A DNA stretch of 28,117 nt from Candidatus Eiseniibacteriota bacterium. GTDB lineage: Bacteria > Eisenbacteria > RBG-16-71-46. A program made the position numbers and the translations under genes. The DNA lies in NCBI GenBank assembly GCA_037447075.1, contig JBBIHL010000001.1, positions 1-28,117 on the forward strand. The letters run 5' to 3'. Below are positions 17,518 through 25,950 of this stretch, in pieces (position 1 is the first letter of the stretch; each line of letters begins with the position of its first letter). Below the pieces are notes generated by a model, which saw only the letters and a program-made list of their open reading frames with translations, was not told the origin of the DNA and did not search any database.

Positions 17518-18470
17518 GGTGAGGGGCCGCGCGCGAGGCACGCGGCGCCGAAGACGGCCACCACGATCGCCGCCGCCAGGGCGTACCCCGCCGCGAACTC
17601 CAGGTATCGGATGGTGAAGTGGACCTGGGGCCACGTCAGCGCCATGAGGCTGTAGACGGAGTTCACGACGGCGTGGAAGAGGATCGGGAGCAGCAGGCTC
17701 CCGCCGGTGCTGTTGTAGAGGCACGCGAAGAGGACCGCGAGCGGGACCGTCCCGAGCGTGGTGCCGATCGGCAGGGCGAGGGCGAACGGGTTCCCCTTCG
17801 CGAGCAGCGCCCACGAGTCCGGCCCGAAGTGCCAAAGCCCCCACAGGATGCCGGTGAGCACCGCCGCCGAGAGCGCGCTGCGCCGCGCCTGGAGGCGGGG
17901 CTGGACGAAGCCGCGCCATCCCGGCTCTTCCGAGACGCCGCCGTTGCCGATCGCCATGCCCGCCCACACCAGCGCGGCGGGAAGCGGCCCCGATGCGGAC
18001 ACGCCGGCGAGCCAGGTCTTGAGCCCGAAGGTGGGCTTGGGTGTTGGGTCCACCACGTTCCAGCCGCCGGTGCGGATGGAGTCGGCGTGCTTCAGCCACC
18101 ACTCGTCCAGACGGGAGAGGTCCGGGGTCGAGCCGCCGAAGGCCGCGTGAGCCACGACGATGGCCGCGGCCACCGCGAGCGGCGCCGCCACGACGAACAG
18201 GTACCAGCCGGGAGCCACGCGCCAGCGCACCATCGCGGCCAGGATCCGCCGCGCGCCGCCCGGCGGATCGAGGCGCCCGGCGAGGAGCAGGGAGGCGATG
18301 AAGGGCCCGTACTGCGCGAACATCGCGACCTCTTCGGGCACGACGATCGGCAGGACGCCGGCCTGCGAGAGGCCGTAGGGGATCCAGCCGAGCCACGAGA
18401 TCCCGAGCGCCAGCAGGAACCAGGCGAGGATCGGGTGGCGCGCGAGCCACGACCGGCGGTCGCCGGTCAC
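17508..18470 (-). CDS. CPBP (Abi/CAAX type II) intramembrane glutamic metalloprotease
   Basis: SEEPGWRG (EExxxR), WGLWH and HAVVN motifs; multi-TM. Confidence 0.9.
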   Translation of the reverse strand: MTGDRRSWLARHPILAWFLLALGISWLGWIPYGLSQAGVLPIVVPEEVAMFAQYGPFIASLLLAGRLDPPGGARRILAAMVRWRVAPGWYLFVVAAPLAVAAAIVVAHAAFGGSTPDLSRLDEWWLKHADSIRTGGWNVVDPTPKPTFGLKTWLAGVSASGPLPAALVWAGMAIGNGGVSEEPGWRGFVQPRLQARRSALSAAVLTGILWGLWHFGPDSWALLAKGNPFALALPIGTTLGTVPLAVLFACLYNSTGGSLLLPILFHAVVNSVYSLMALTWPQVHFTIRYLEFAAGYALAAAIVVAVFGAACLARGPSPHG

Positions 18471-18601
18471 GGCTGGACTGCTCCCGCAGCCGGCCTGCCC
18501 CGGTTCCCGGCCCCGGGTGGGTCACCGCGAGCGGGCTGCATGCGGCGGGGACTTTCGACCCGCGCACGGCCGCCGGTCAAGCGGCTGCCGGGCGAGCCGG
18601 C

Positions 18602-18629
18602 TTGAGCGCGCCCGCCGGAGTGCTACTAT
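18602..18629 (+). promoter_or_regulatory. Putative sigma70 promoter of the Cx5R sulfurtransferase gene
   Basis: TTGAGC (18602-18607), 16-nt spacer including TG, TACTAT (18624-18629). Confidence 0.55.
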
Positions 18630-18740
18630 GAGCGCGACGTGGCTCGCCCCCACCGAGTGCATCGGGCTCGATGCGCTCCTGCGTGCGTTCACCAGGCGAC
18701 GCCCGATGGTGGGCATTCCCGGGAAAGTGGGGATGAAGCC

Positions 18741-19322
18741 ATGACGACCCGGCACTGGATTCTCGTCGCGGGGCGCGCCGTCGCCGCCCTCGCTTACGGC
18801 GTCACCCTGGCGCTCGCGGCGCATGCAGCCGCGGAGCGTCCCGACGCCGACTCGCTGCTCGCACGGCTCGCGAGCGTCAAGAACGTCGCGCGGCCCTATC
18901 CGTGGCTCCTCACCGGCGGGCAACCCGATTCGAGCGCGCTGGCCACACTCGCCGCGGCCGGCGTGCGCGACATCGTGGACCTGCGCGCGCCGGGCGAGCC
19001 GCGCGGACTCGACGAGCGCGCGCTGGCGAAGGCGATGGGCCTGCGCTACCTGGCGATTCCCACCCGCAACGCCGACTTCACCGACTCCCGGTTCACCGCG
19101 CTGCGCAAGCAGCTGATCGCCCACGGGCCGCGGAAGCCCGTGTTCATCCATTGCGCCTCGGGAAACCGCGTCGGCGCGGGGCTGCTGCCCTGGCTCGTGC
19201 TGGATGAGGGCGTGGCGGACGATCGCGCGCTCGCCATGGCCCGGAACGTGGGGCTGCGGGATGCGGACATCACGCAGCGGGCGTGGGACTACATCGAGCG
19301 GGCGCGCGGCCGGGTGAGGTAG
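18741..19322 (+). CDS. Exported DUF442/TIGR01244-like sulfurtransferase or PTP-fold protein
   Basis: Signal-peptide-like N-terminus; LLTGGQP, IVDLRAPGE, VFIHCASGNRVG (Cx5R loop). Confidence 0.8.
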   Translation: MTTRHWILVAGRAVAALAYGVTLALAAHAAAERPDADSLLARLASVKNVARPYPWLLTGGQPDSSALATLAAAGVRDIVDLRAPGEPRGLDERALAKAMGLRYLAIPTRNADFTDSRFTALRKQLIAHGPRKPVFIHCASGNRVGAGLLPWLVLDEGVADDRALAMARNVGLRDADITQRAWDYIERARGRVR

Positions 19323-19360
19323 GGGCGGGCGCGACGCTACCGCCGGGCGGCCGCGGCGGG

Positions 19361-19822
19361 TCAGGCGTGCCACGCCGGGCTGGCGGCGGCTCCGGGTAGC
19401 GTCCTCCGGGTTCCCAGCGCGGCGAGCGCCAGCATTCCCAGGTTCTCGAGCAGCTTGACCGTTCCGACGTGCGAGGCGTCGCTGGTGCCGAAGCAGCCGC
19501 ACTCGATGTCCAGCCCGCGGGCGAGCCCCAGCGCGACCGCCGTGGTCAGCACCACCAGGAGGCCCGTCGCCGCCACCGCCCCCGCCCGCGGGCGGATGCC
19601 GAGGAGGAGCGAGAGCGCCGTGGTCAGCTCGATCCAGGGGAGCACCATGGCGAGGAGGTTCTCGCCGGGGAGGGGCACGATCCTGAAGTTGTGGACGGCG
19701 CGCGCCAGCGCCGGGATGTCCCCCAGCTTGGCGAGCGCCGCCCAGCCCAGCAGGATGCCCAGCACCACCTGGGCAAGGCGCACCGCGGCGGGGTGCGCGA
19801 GCGACCGGGCGAGGGCGTTCAT
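19361..19822 (-). CDS. MauE/DoxX family membrane protein
   Basis: AALAKLGD...VHNFRIVP...LPWIEL...ARGLDIECGCFG; ATGA overlap with the rhodanese gene. Confidence 0.88.
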   Translation of the reverse strand: MNALARSLAHPAAVRLAQVVLGILLGWAALAKLGDIPALARAVHNFRIVPLPGENLLAMVLPWIELTTALSLLLGIRPRAGAVAATGLLVVLTTAVALGLARGLDIECGCFGTSDASHVGTVKLLENLGMLALAALGTRRTLPGAAASPAWHA

Positions 19823-20571
19823 GGCTCGCCCCTGGCCACCGGCATCCCGGCGGCCACCCATTCCGGGAAGCCCGCCTCGTAGACGAGCACGCGCGGCCGC
19901 TTGAAATCGCGCACCAGCATCTCGGCCAGCATCCGGGAGGCCTCGCAGGTCCCCCCGCTGCAGTAGACGATGATGGGGGCTTCGCGCGGGTCGAGGCTCT
20001 CGAGGCGATCGGGATGGCGGACCGCCTGGTCGTAGGGGATGTTGACGGCGCCGGGAATGTGGCCCTGGGCGAACTCCACCGGCTCGCGGGCGTCCACCAC
20101 CAGCGCCGCCCCGGCCTCGACGTACCTCGCGACCGTCGCGAGCTCCACCTTGAGCGGACGGTCCGCAACCGGGATCACGGGAAGCCCGGGCGGAGGATCT
20201 GCGCCGGTGGCAGGCGGGTTCGTGGCTCCGGCTTCGGGAGGCCGGACGGGCAGGGCACTCGCCTCCAGGGCCGCGCCCGGAGAGTTCGAGCGGGCGGCAG
20301 GCTCCACGGCTGCAGGCTGGCGGGGGCCCGGCCGCGGCGGATGCGACGTGGTGGGGGCGGCCGGGAGCGCGCTCGCGGCGCGCTCCAAGCGGTCGAGCCG
20401 ACGCTCGGCCGCAATCCAGGGCAGCCCCCGGGGCGGCCGTCTCACGAGCCCCAGGTAGTTGTAGGCGAGCCCGAGCGCGACGCCGGCGAGCACGATCGCG
20501 AGCGCGTCGCGAGCGAGGACCAGCGATTCGCGGGGATTGCTACCGGGAGTTGTCGGCTCTGCCCTGCGCAT
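19819..20571 (-). CDS. Membrane-anchored rhodanese-like domain protein
   Basis: N-terminal TM (LGLAYN..GLPWI), Pro-rich linker, then VVDAREPVEFAQGHIPGAVNIP, IIVYCSGGTCEAS, YEAGFPEW. Confidence 0.88.
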   Translation of the reverse strand: MRRAEPTTPGSNPRESLVLARDALAIVLAGVALGLAYNYLGLVRRPPRGLPWIAAERRLDRLERAASALPAAPTTSHPPRPGPRQPAAVEPAARSNSPGAALEASALPVRPPEAGATNPPATGADPPPGLPVIPVADRPLKVELATVARYVEAGAALVVDAREPVEFAQGHIPGAVNIPYDQAVRHPDRLESLDPREAPIIVYCSGGTCEASRMLAEMLVRDFKRPRVLVYEAGFPEWVAAGMPVARGEP

Positions 20572-20667
20572 TCCAGTGTTTGCATGGGCGAGCGACCCGG
20601 CATCATTCTATCGCGGATCGCTCCGCGCCTGCCACCCGGCGCGGGGTACAGCACGGTTTCGAGCGAG

Positions 20668-21541
20668 CTACGGCGCGAGCGCCACCCGTCGGGTCCATTC
20701 GCGGCCGGCGGCCCGCATCCTCACGAAGTAGAGCCCGGCGGCCACGCCGCCACCGCTGGAGGTTTCACCCCTCCAGGCGACGGAATGCCGCCCAGCCGGC
20801 TTCATCCCCTCCACCAGCACGGCCAGCTCCCTTCCCTGCACGTCCAGCACGCTGAGCCGCACCCGCGACTCGTGCGGCAGCGCGAAGGTGATCCGTGCCG
20901 CGCCCGACGCGGGGTTGGGCGCCACCGGCTCCAGCGCGAACTCGGCGACCGGCGCGGGTGGCTCCAGGCCTACCGGCAGTCCCGACCGGAAGGCCAGGCC
21001 GCCAAAGGTGGAGATCGGCACCGGCAGCGTCGTGACGCCGCTGCCGTCCAGGTTCGCGCGGCGCAACCTCTGCCCGCCCGCCGCGGCCTCGATCCAGTAC
21101 ATGCGATTGCCGTTGGCGTCGAGCGCCAGGTAGGTGGGATTGGAGAGGCCCGAGACCAGCGTGGTCACGTTGGCCCCGTCGCCGTTGCAGCGGCGAATGC
21201 GGCCGGCGTTGTACTCGGTCCAGTAGACCTCGTAGGCGGAGACGACGTAGTCCACGCCGAACGGGCCGGTGCCGGGCGGGAGCGCCACGATCGTGACGGC
21301 CTGGGTGCCGTTCACGTTGGCGCGCCGGATCAGGCTCTGGTCGAAGTCCGCCCAGAACATCCGCCCCCCGGGGACGTCCAGGGCGATCCCGCGCGGGTTG
21401 GCGGCAGGGCCCAGGTTCAGGACGACCTGCTCCCCGCTGCCGTTCAGATCGCCGACGCGCACGGTCGAGCCGGCGATCAGGTTACTCGTCGTCCAGTAGA
21501 TCTTGTCGGAGGTCCAGCACGTTCATGCGGCGGGCTCTCAT
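20668..21541 (-). pseudogene. YWTD/LDL-receptor class B beta-propeller protein with FlgD-Ig/T9SS-like CTD; 5' end out of frame at about 21514
   Basis: RBS AGGAG and ATG 21541 (MRARRMNVL) are one base out of frame with TSDKIYWTT...MFWAD...VYWTE...MYWIE. No hydrophobic signal core remains. The C-terminus has PNP/DVQGR/GLYF. Confidence 0.75.
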
Positions 21542-21587
21542 GGGGCGGCTCCTGGTGAGGGTGGACGAGGGTTGCGGACGCCCATTC

Positions 21588-21617
21588 AGCGTACGCCCCC
21601 GCAGCTCGCCCGGTCAA
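21588..21617 (-). promoter_or_regulatory. Putative sigma70 promoter of the YWTD gene
   Basis: Minus strand: TTGACC (21617-21612), 18-nt spacer, TACGCT (21593-21588). Confidence 0.55.
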
Positions 21618-21633
21618 CGGCGCCGGCTCGCGG

Positions 21634-21662
21634 TGGCCGATCCTCGCCCCCTTTGCTACGCT
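21634..21662 (+). promoter_or_regulatory. Possible promoter of the aldehyde dehydrogenase gene (divergent)
   Basis: TG-c-TACGCT extended -10 (21654-21662) with a weak -35 TGGCCG 17 nt upstream. Confidence 0.45.
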
Positions 21663-21703
21663 CCCCGCGAGACCATCCCCGCGACGTCCAGGAGGCACCG
21701 GCC

Positions 21704-23233
21704 ATGACCACCCTGACCACCACCAACGGCGTGCTCGAGCGGCTCGGCGTGCGCGCCCTGAATCCGGGCGCCGGCGCGGGCCGCTGGCTCGACACCCGCG
21801 GGCGCGAGCTGGTTTCCGAAAACCCGGCCACCGGCGAGCCCATCGCCGGCGTGCGGCAGGCGACCGCCGCCGATTACGACGCCGTGGCCGAGGCCGCCAC
21901 GCAGGCGTTCCAGAGCTGGCGCCTCAAGCCGGCGCCCGCGCGCGGCGAGGTGGTGCGCGAGCTGGGCAACGCCCTGCGCCGCCACAAGGAGGACCTGGGC
22001 CGGCTGGTCTCGCTCGAGAACGGCAAGATCCTCTCCGAGGGGTTGGGCGAGGTGCAGGAGATGATTGACATCTGCGACTTCGCCGTGGGTCTCTCGCGGC
22101 AGCTCTACGGGCTCTCGATGCACAGCGAGCGCCCCAGCCACCGCATGTACGAGCAGTGGCATCCGCTCGGTCCGGTGGGCGTGATCACCGCCTTCAACTT
22201 CCCGGTGGCGGTGTGGGCGTGGAACGCGGCCCTCGCCGCCGTCTGCGGCGACCCGGTGATCTGGAAGCCGTCGCACAAGGTGCCGCTCTGCGCCGTGGCG
22301 GTGCAGAACATCTGCAACCGCATCATGGAGGAGCACGGCTGCCCGGGGGTCTTCAGCCTGGTGATCGGCCCCACCGTGGAGGTGGGCGAGCGCCTGCTGG
22401 GCGACCGGCGCGTGCCGCTCATCTCGGCCACGGGCAGCTGCCGCATGGGACGCCGCATCGCCGAGGTGGTGGGCCCGCGCATGGGGCGCACCATCCTGGA
22501 GCTGGGCGGCAACAACGCCGTGGTGGTGCTCGACGACGCCGACCTGGACCTGGCCACCCGGGCCGTGACGTTCGCCGCCGTCGGCACCGCCGGCCAGCGC
22601 TGCACCTCGACCCGGCGCCTGGTCCTGCAGCAGGGGATCGCGCGCGAGATGACCGAGCGGCTCAAGAAGGCCTACGCCTCGGTGCGCATCGGCGACCCGC
22701 TCGACCCCGGCACCCTGATGGGTCCGCTGGTTGACGAGGACGCGGTCAAGGGCATGATGCAGGCGTTGGATCGGGCGCGGGCCGAGGGGGGCGAGATCGT
22801 CCACGGCGGCAAGCGCCTCGACCGCCCGGGCCACTTCGTGGAGCCGACGCTGGTGCGGGCGCGGGCCGACATGAAGATCGTGCAGGAGGAGACCTTCGCG
22901 CCCGTGCTCTACCTGATCGAGGTGAAGGACGTGGACGAGGCCATCGCGGTCAACAACGGGGTCTCGCAAGGCCTCTCGTCGGCGATCTTCACCCGCAACC
23001 TGCTCGCGGCCGAGCGGTTCCTCTCCGCGGCCGGCAGCGACTGCGGCATCGCCAACGTGAACATCGGCACCTCGGGCGCCGAGATCGGCGGCGCCTTCGG
23101 CGGCGAGAAGGAGACCGGCGGCGGCCGCGAGGCGGGCTCGGACGCCTGGAAGCTCTACATGCGCCGCCAGACGGTGACCGTCAACTACGGGACCGACCTG
23201 CCCCTGGCCCAGGGGGTCAAGTTCGAGGTGTAG
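21704..23233 (+). CDS. amaB: ALDH7/antiquitin family aldehyde dehydrogenase (alpha-aminoadipate semialdehyde / piperideine-6-carboxylate dehydrogenase)
   Basis: RBS AGGAGG; SERPSHRMYEQWHPLG, TAFNFPVAVWAWN, LELGGNNA, GTAGQRCT, GAEIGGAFGGEKETGGGREAGSDAWKLYMRRQT. Confidence 0.9.
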   Translation: MTTLTTTNGVLERLGVRALNPGAGAGRWLDTRGRELVSENPATGEPIAGVRQATAADYDAVAEAATQAFQSWRLKPAPARGEVVRELGNALRRHKEDLGRLVSLENGKILSEGLGEVQEMIDICDFAVGLSRQLYGLSMHSERPSHRMYEQWHPLGPVGVITAFNFPVAVWAWNAALAAVCGDPVIWKPSHKVPLCAVAVQNICNRIMEEHGCPGVFSLVIGPTVEVGERLLGDRRVPLISATGSCRMGRRIAEVVGPRMGRTILELGGNNAVVVLDDADLDLATRAVTFAAVGTAGQRCTSTRRLVLQQGIAREMTERLKKAYASVRIGDPLDPGTLMGPLVDEDAVKGMMQALDRARAEGGEIVHGGKRLDRPGHFVEPTLVRARADMKIVQEETFAPVLYLIEVKDVDEAIAVNNGVSQGLSSAIFTRNLLAAERFLSAAGSDCGIANVNIGTSGAEIGGAFGGEKETGGGREAGSDAWKLYMRRQTVTVNYGTDLPLAQGVKFEV

Positions 23234-23254
23234 GGCCCCCCGGGCGCGAGCCGT

Positions 23255-24334
23255 TCAGCGTTTGCTCGAGGTCGCCGCGAACGAGATGCCGGTGACTTGG
23301 ACGTTCCCCAGCGGGGCGTCGATCTTCATCGGCGTCGAGAACACGGTGCTGGAAAGCACCAGGTAGCTCCCCGGCTGGACGAAGAGCTTCCCGCCGCCCG
23401 GCGTGAGCGTGGCGCCGTCCTGGAAGGTGTACCAGGGGTTCAAGAAGCTGCCATCCGGGCTCTCGGAGCCGCCGTTGGCGTCCACGAAGCGCCAGTTGTA
23501 GGCGGCGTAGAGGAACGCGATGCTCAAGCTGTCGAGCCGACTCAGGCCGGCCCGCTGGCCGATGCGGTCCTGCCACTCCGCCGTCCAGGGTTGGTTCACG
23601 GTGATGACGTAGTTCGGCGCCGCGCAGAAGAGCGACGGGCTCAAGAAGCTGCACTTCCCGTAGTGCATCAGCGAGCCGAAGTCGTAGGGGCCGTAGTCGT
23701 CCGAGCCCGACTCGAGATCGAACTGGGAGTTGCAGGAGCCGCCGCTGCAGCAGGTCTGGCAAACGTTCTCCAGGTGGATCGTGACGTAGGTGTTGCGGTC
23801 GTTGCGGCTCTGCTCGTGCCAGAAGCCCAGGGAGTGCATGATCTCGTGCATGATGGTTCCGTGGCTGCCCCAGCTCGTGATGTGGATCTCCTGCCTGCCC
23901 CCCTGCCGCCCGACGGGTGAGAAGTTGAAGGCCGTGTCCCCGACGAATTCGAGGTAGTCCGTCTCGCTCGACCGCGGGATGAAGGTGACGTTGTCGGCCC
24001 CTCCGATCTGGTGCAGGTGGGCCATGGCGGCGAAGGCGGCCGACTGCCGGCTGGGGTAGTTGGCGACGCTGGTGTCGAAGGCGAAGGGGACTGCGCCGCC
24101 CGGCCACAGCTTGTTGGGCTGGAAGGTGCCGAGCAGTCCGGCGTTCGGACCCGTCAGCTCGGACTCGCGGATCAGGATGTCCCCCTGGATGATCCGCCAT
24201 CCGGTGGGGGCCACGGACTGCGGCGCGACCTCGGGGGACGCCTCGGCGGCACGGCACGGGGCGTCCGGCGACACCGTCGCAAGCGCCACGATCACCAGTG
24301 CGGCGGCGGTCCTCACTGCAAGTGCCGGCCTCAT
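23255..24334 (-). CDS. Exported astacin (M12A) zinc metalloprotease zymogen with extra C-terminal domain
   Basis: Signal peptide; pro-region IQGDIL; WPGGAVPF; HEIMHSLGFWHEQSRNDR (HExxHxxGxxHExxRxDR); Met-turn SLMHY; ATGA overlap with the upstream fibre gene. Confidence 0.92.
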   Translation of the reverse strand: MRPALAVRTAAALVIVALATVSPDAPCRAAEASPEVAPQSVAPTGWRIIQGDILIRESELTGPNAGLLGTFQPNKLWPGGAVPFAFDTSVANYPSRQSAAFAAMAHLHQIGGADNVTFIPRSSETDYLEFVGDTAFNFSPVGRQGGRQEIHITSWGSHGTIMHEIMHSLGFWHEQSRNDRNTYVTIHLENVCQTCCSGGSCNSQFDLESGSDDYGPYDFGSLMHYGKCSFLSPSLFCAAPNYVITVNQPWTAEWQDRIGQRAGLSRLDSLSIAFLYAAYNWRFVDANGGSESPDGSFLNPWYTFQDGATLTPGGGKLFVQPGSYLVLSSTVFSTPMKIDAPLGNVQVTGISFAATSSKR

Positions 24335-25938
24335 TGCAGGCTCACGAGCACCAGCACCAGCCCGGTTCCCGCCTCCAGCGACGTCATCGCCTTGCCGAGG
24401 ATGGCGCCCGTGGCGCGCCCCGCGTCCGATGCCCTCATGGCGTGGCCAGGACGCGATGAGGTCGTGAGCAGGTCGCCCACCCGGATCGGCTCGCGCGTGG
24501 CGTCGCACCTGACCCAGACCCGGCCCGACATGGCGACCGGAACCTTGCCCTGCTTGTCGTAGCTGTGCCCTTCGAGGATGACGCCCGCGGGGAGGCCGTT
24601 CGCGCCGCTCACCACGCCAGCCACGCGCGGGTTGTAGGCCCCGCGGCTCTCGCGCAGCGTGCCGGCGGCGTCGCCGACGATCTCGAGCACCGTTCCCGGC
24701 TCCAGCTCGTCGCCGCCCGCGGGGAAGCTCTCGGCCAGGTCGGAGCCCAGGATCTGCAGTGTCCTCACCTGCGCCAGGCCGCTCACCAGCAACGCCACGC
24801 CGCCCGCGCTGTTGGAGAAGGCGCCGCCGTAGCCGGTCGGGCTCGTCGAGTTTCCCCAGACGCCGCTCTTCCCCGCGGCGTTGCTGGTTCCCTGCACGCC
24901 GTCGTTGCCCTCGCTGATTCCCTGCACGCCGATCGCGGCGCTCGACGCGTAGCCGAAGACGGCCTGCGCGTTGGGGCCGCTCGACTCGTTGCGGCCGAGC
25001 ACGCCGGCGGTGAAGTTGATGAAGGTCTGGCCGAACACGCCGGCCTTGGAGCTCCCGCCCGAAGTGCCGTAGACGCCCCAGCCCGAGGAGGCCTCGCCGT
25101 AGACGCCGATCCCCGACGTGCTCCGGCCGGCGACCGCGGAGCCGCTGCCGCTTTGACCGGCGACGCCGTCGCCGTTGCCGGAGTTGGTGCCGTACACGCC
25201 GGCGGCCGAAGGGCTGAACGTGATGCCATAGACTCCGTTTCCGCTGGCGCTCGTTCCGTTTACTCCATTCCCCGTGCCGCCGATCACCTCCACGCCCGGT
25301 CCCGATCCGAAGTGGCGCCCGCGCACCGCGCCGCTCGGGTTGGCCGACGTCTCGCCGTAGACGCCGTATTGCACGGTGGAGTGGCCGTACACGCCGGCGA
25401 ACCCACCCATGCCTTCGACGCCGGTGAGACCACCCTCGCCGTAGAGGCTGGTGCCCGAGGAGTTCGTGTTGGTCACACCGAATGCGTTCCCGCCCGTCGA
25501 GGTCGAGCCCGAGAAGGGCAGCGTGAGGCTGCCGCCCGCGCCGCCGAGCGCGTAGAGGGCGTAGGGCACGGGCGAGACCGGCTGGCGCGGCGAGAGCGTG
25601 GTGTAGCTCAAGTCGCCGGGGCCCTGCACCTCGATCTCGAGCCAGCGCGCGTTGTTGCCGTTGAACGCCGACGCCCCGAAGTCGAGCGTGGCGGTGAACA
25701 GCCCGTTGGTCGCGGTGACGGCTACCGTGTTGGGGTTGGGCGCCCCGACCAGCGAGCCTCCGGTCAGCGCGTCGTAGAGGGAGAAGCGGATCGAGCAGGC
25801 GCCGCTGACGGCGATCCCGTTCTTCTCGACCACGCCCTGATAGGTGAACGCCGTGCCCACGGGCACGGCGTCGGCCCCGCCGTGGCCCAACATCATGGCC
25901 ACGCCCACCAGCCATCCGAATCCACGTGCGGTTCTCAT
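24331..25938 (-). CDS. Exported fibre/tailspike-like protein: FTYQG N-terminal domain, GVxG glycine-rich repeats, C-terminal peptidase-G2-like intramolecular chaperone
   Basis: Signal peptide ending ADA; AFTYQG...RFSLYDA...GLFTATLDFG...RWLEIEV...TTLSPRQ; about 18 (G/A)VxG repeats; C-terminal SDLAESF...VAGVVS...VPVAMSGRVWV...GDLLTTS..PGHAM...LGKAM. Confidence 0.75.
   Translation of the reverse strand: MRTARGFGWLVGVAMMLGHGGADAVPVGTAFTYQGVVEKNGIAVSGACSIRFSLYDALTGGSLVGAPNPNTVAVTATNGLFTATLDFGASAFNGNNARWLEIEVQGPGDLSYTTLSPRQPVSPVPYALYALGGAGGSLTLPFSGSTSTGGNAFGVTNTNSSGTSLYGEGGLTGVEGMGGFAGVYGHSTVQYGVYGETSANPSGAVRGRHFGSGPGVEVIGGTGNGVNGTSASGNGVYGITFSPSAAGVYGTNSGNGDGVAGQSGSGSAVAGRSTSGIGVYGEASSGWGVYGTSGGSSKAGVFGQTFINFTAGVLGRNESSGPNAQAVFGYASSAAIGVQGISEGNDGVQGTSNAAGKSGVWGNSTSPTGYGGAFSNSAGGVALLVSGLAQVRTLQILGSDLAESFPAGGDELEPGTVLEIVGDAAGTLRESRGAYNPRVAGVVSGANGLPAGVILEGHSYDKQGKVPVAMSGRVWVRCDATREPIRVGDLLTTSSRPGHAMRASDAGRATGAILGKAMTSLEAGTGLVLVLVSLQ
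24853..25449 (-). repeat. Protein-level (G/A)-V-x-G repeat array in the fibre gene
   Basis: GVEG, GVYG (several), AVRG, GVNG, GVAG, AVAG, GVFG, GVLG, AVFG, GVQG (twice) and GVWG at roughly 9-15 residue spacing; degenerate at DNA level. Confidence 0.8.
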
Positions 25939-25950
25939 TGTCGGCTCCTT

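Noticed and set aside
24331-25938. Prophage or contractile injection system interpretation of the fibre gene
   Set aside because: The fibre has a signal peptide, and no capsid, sheath, baseplate, terminase or integrase genes are in the window.
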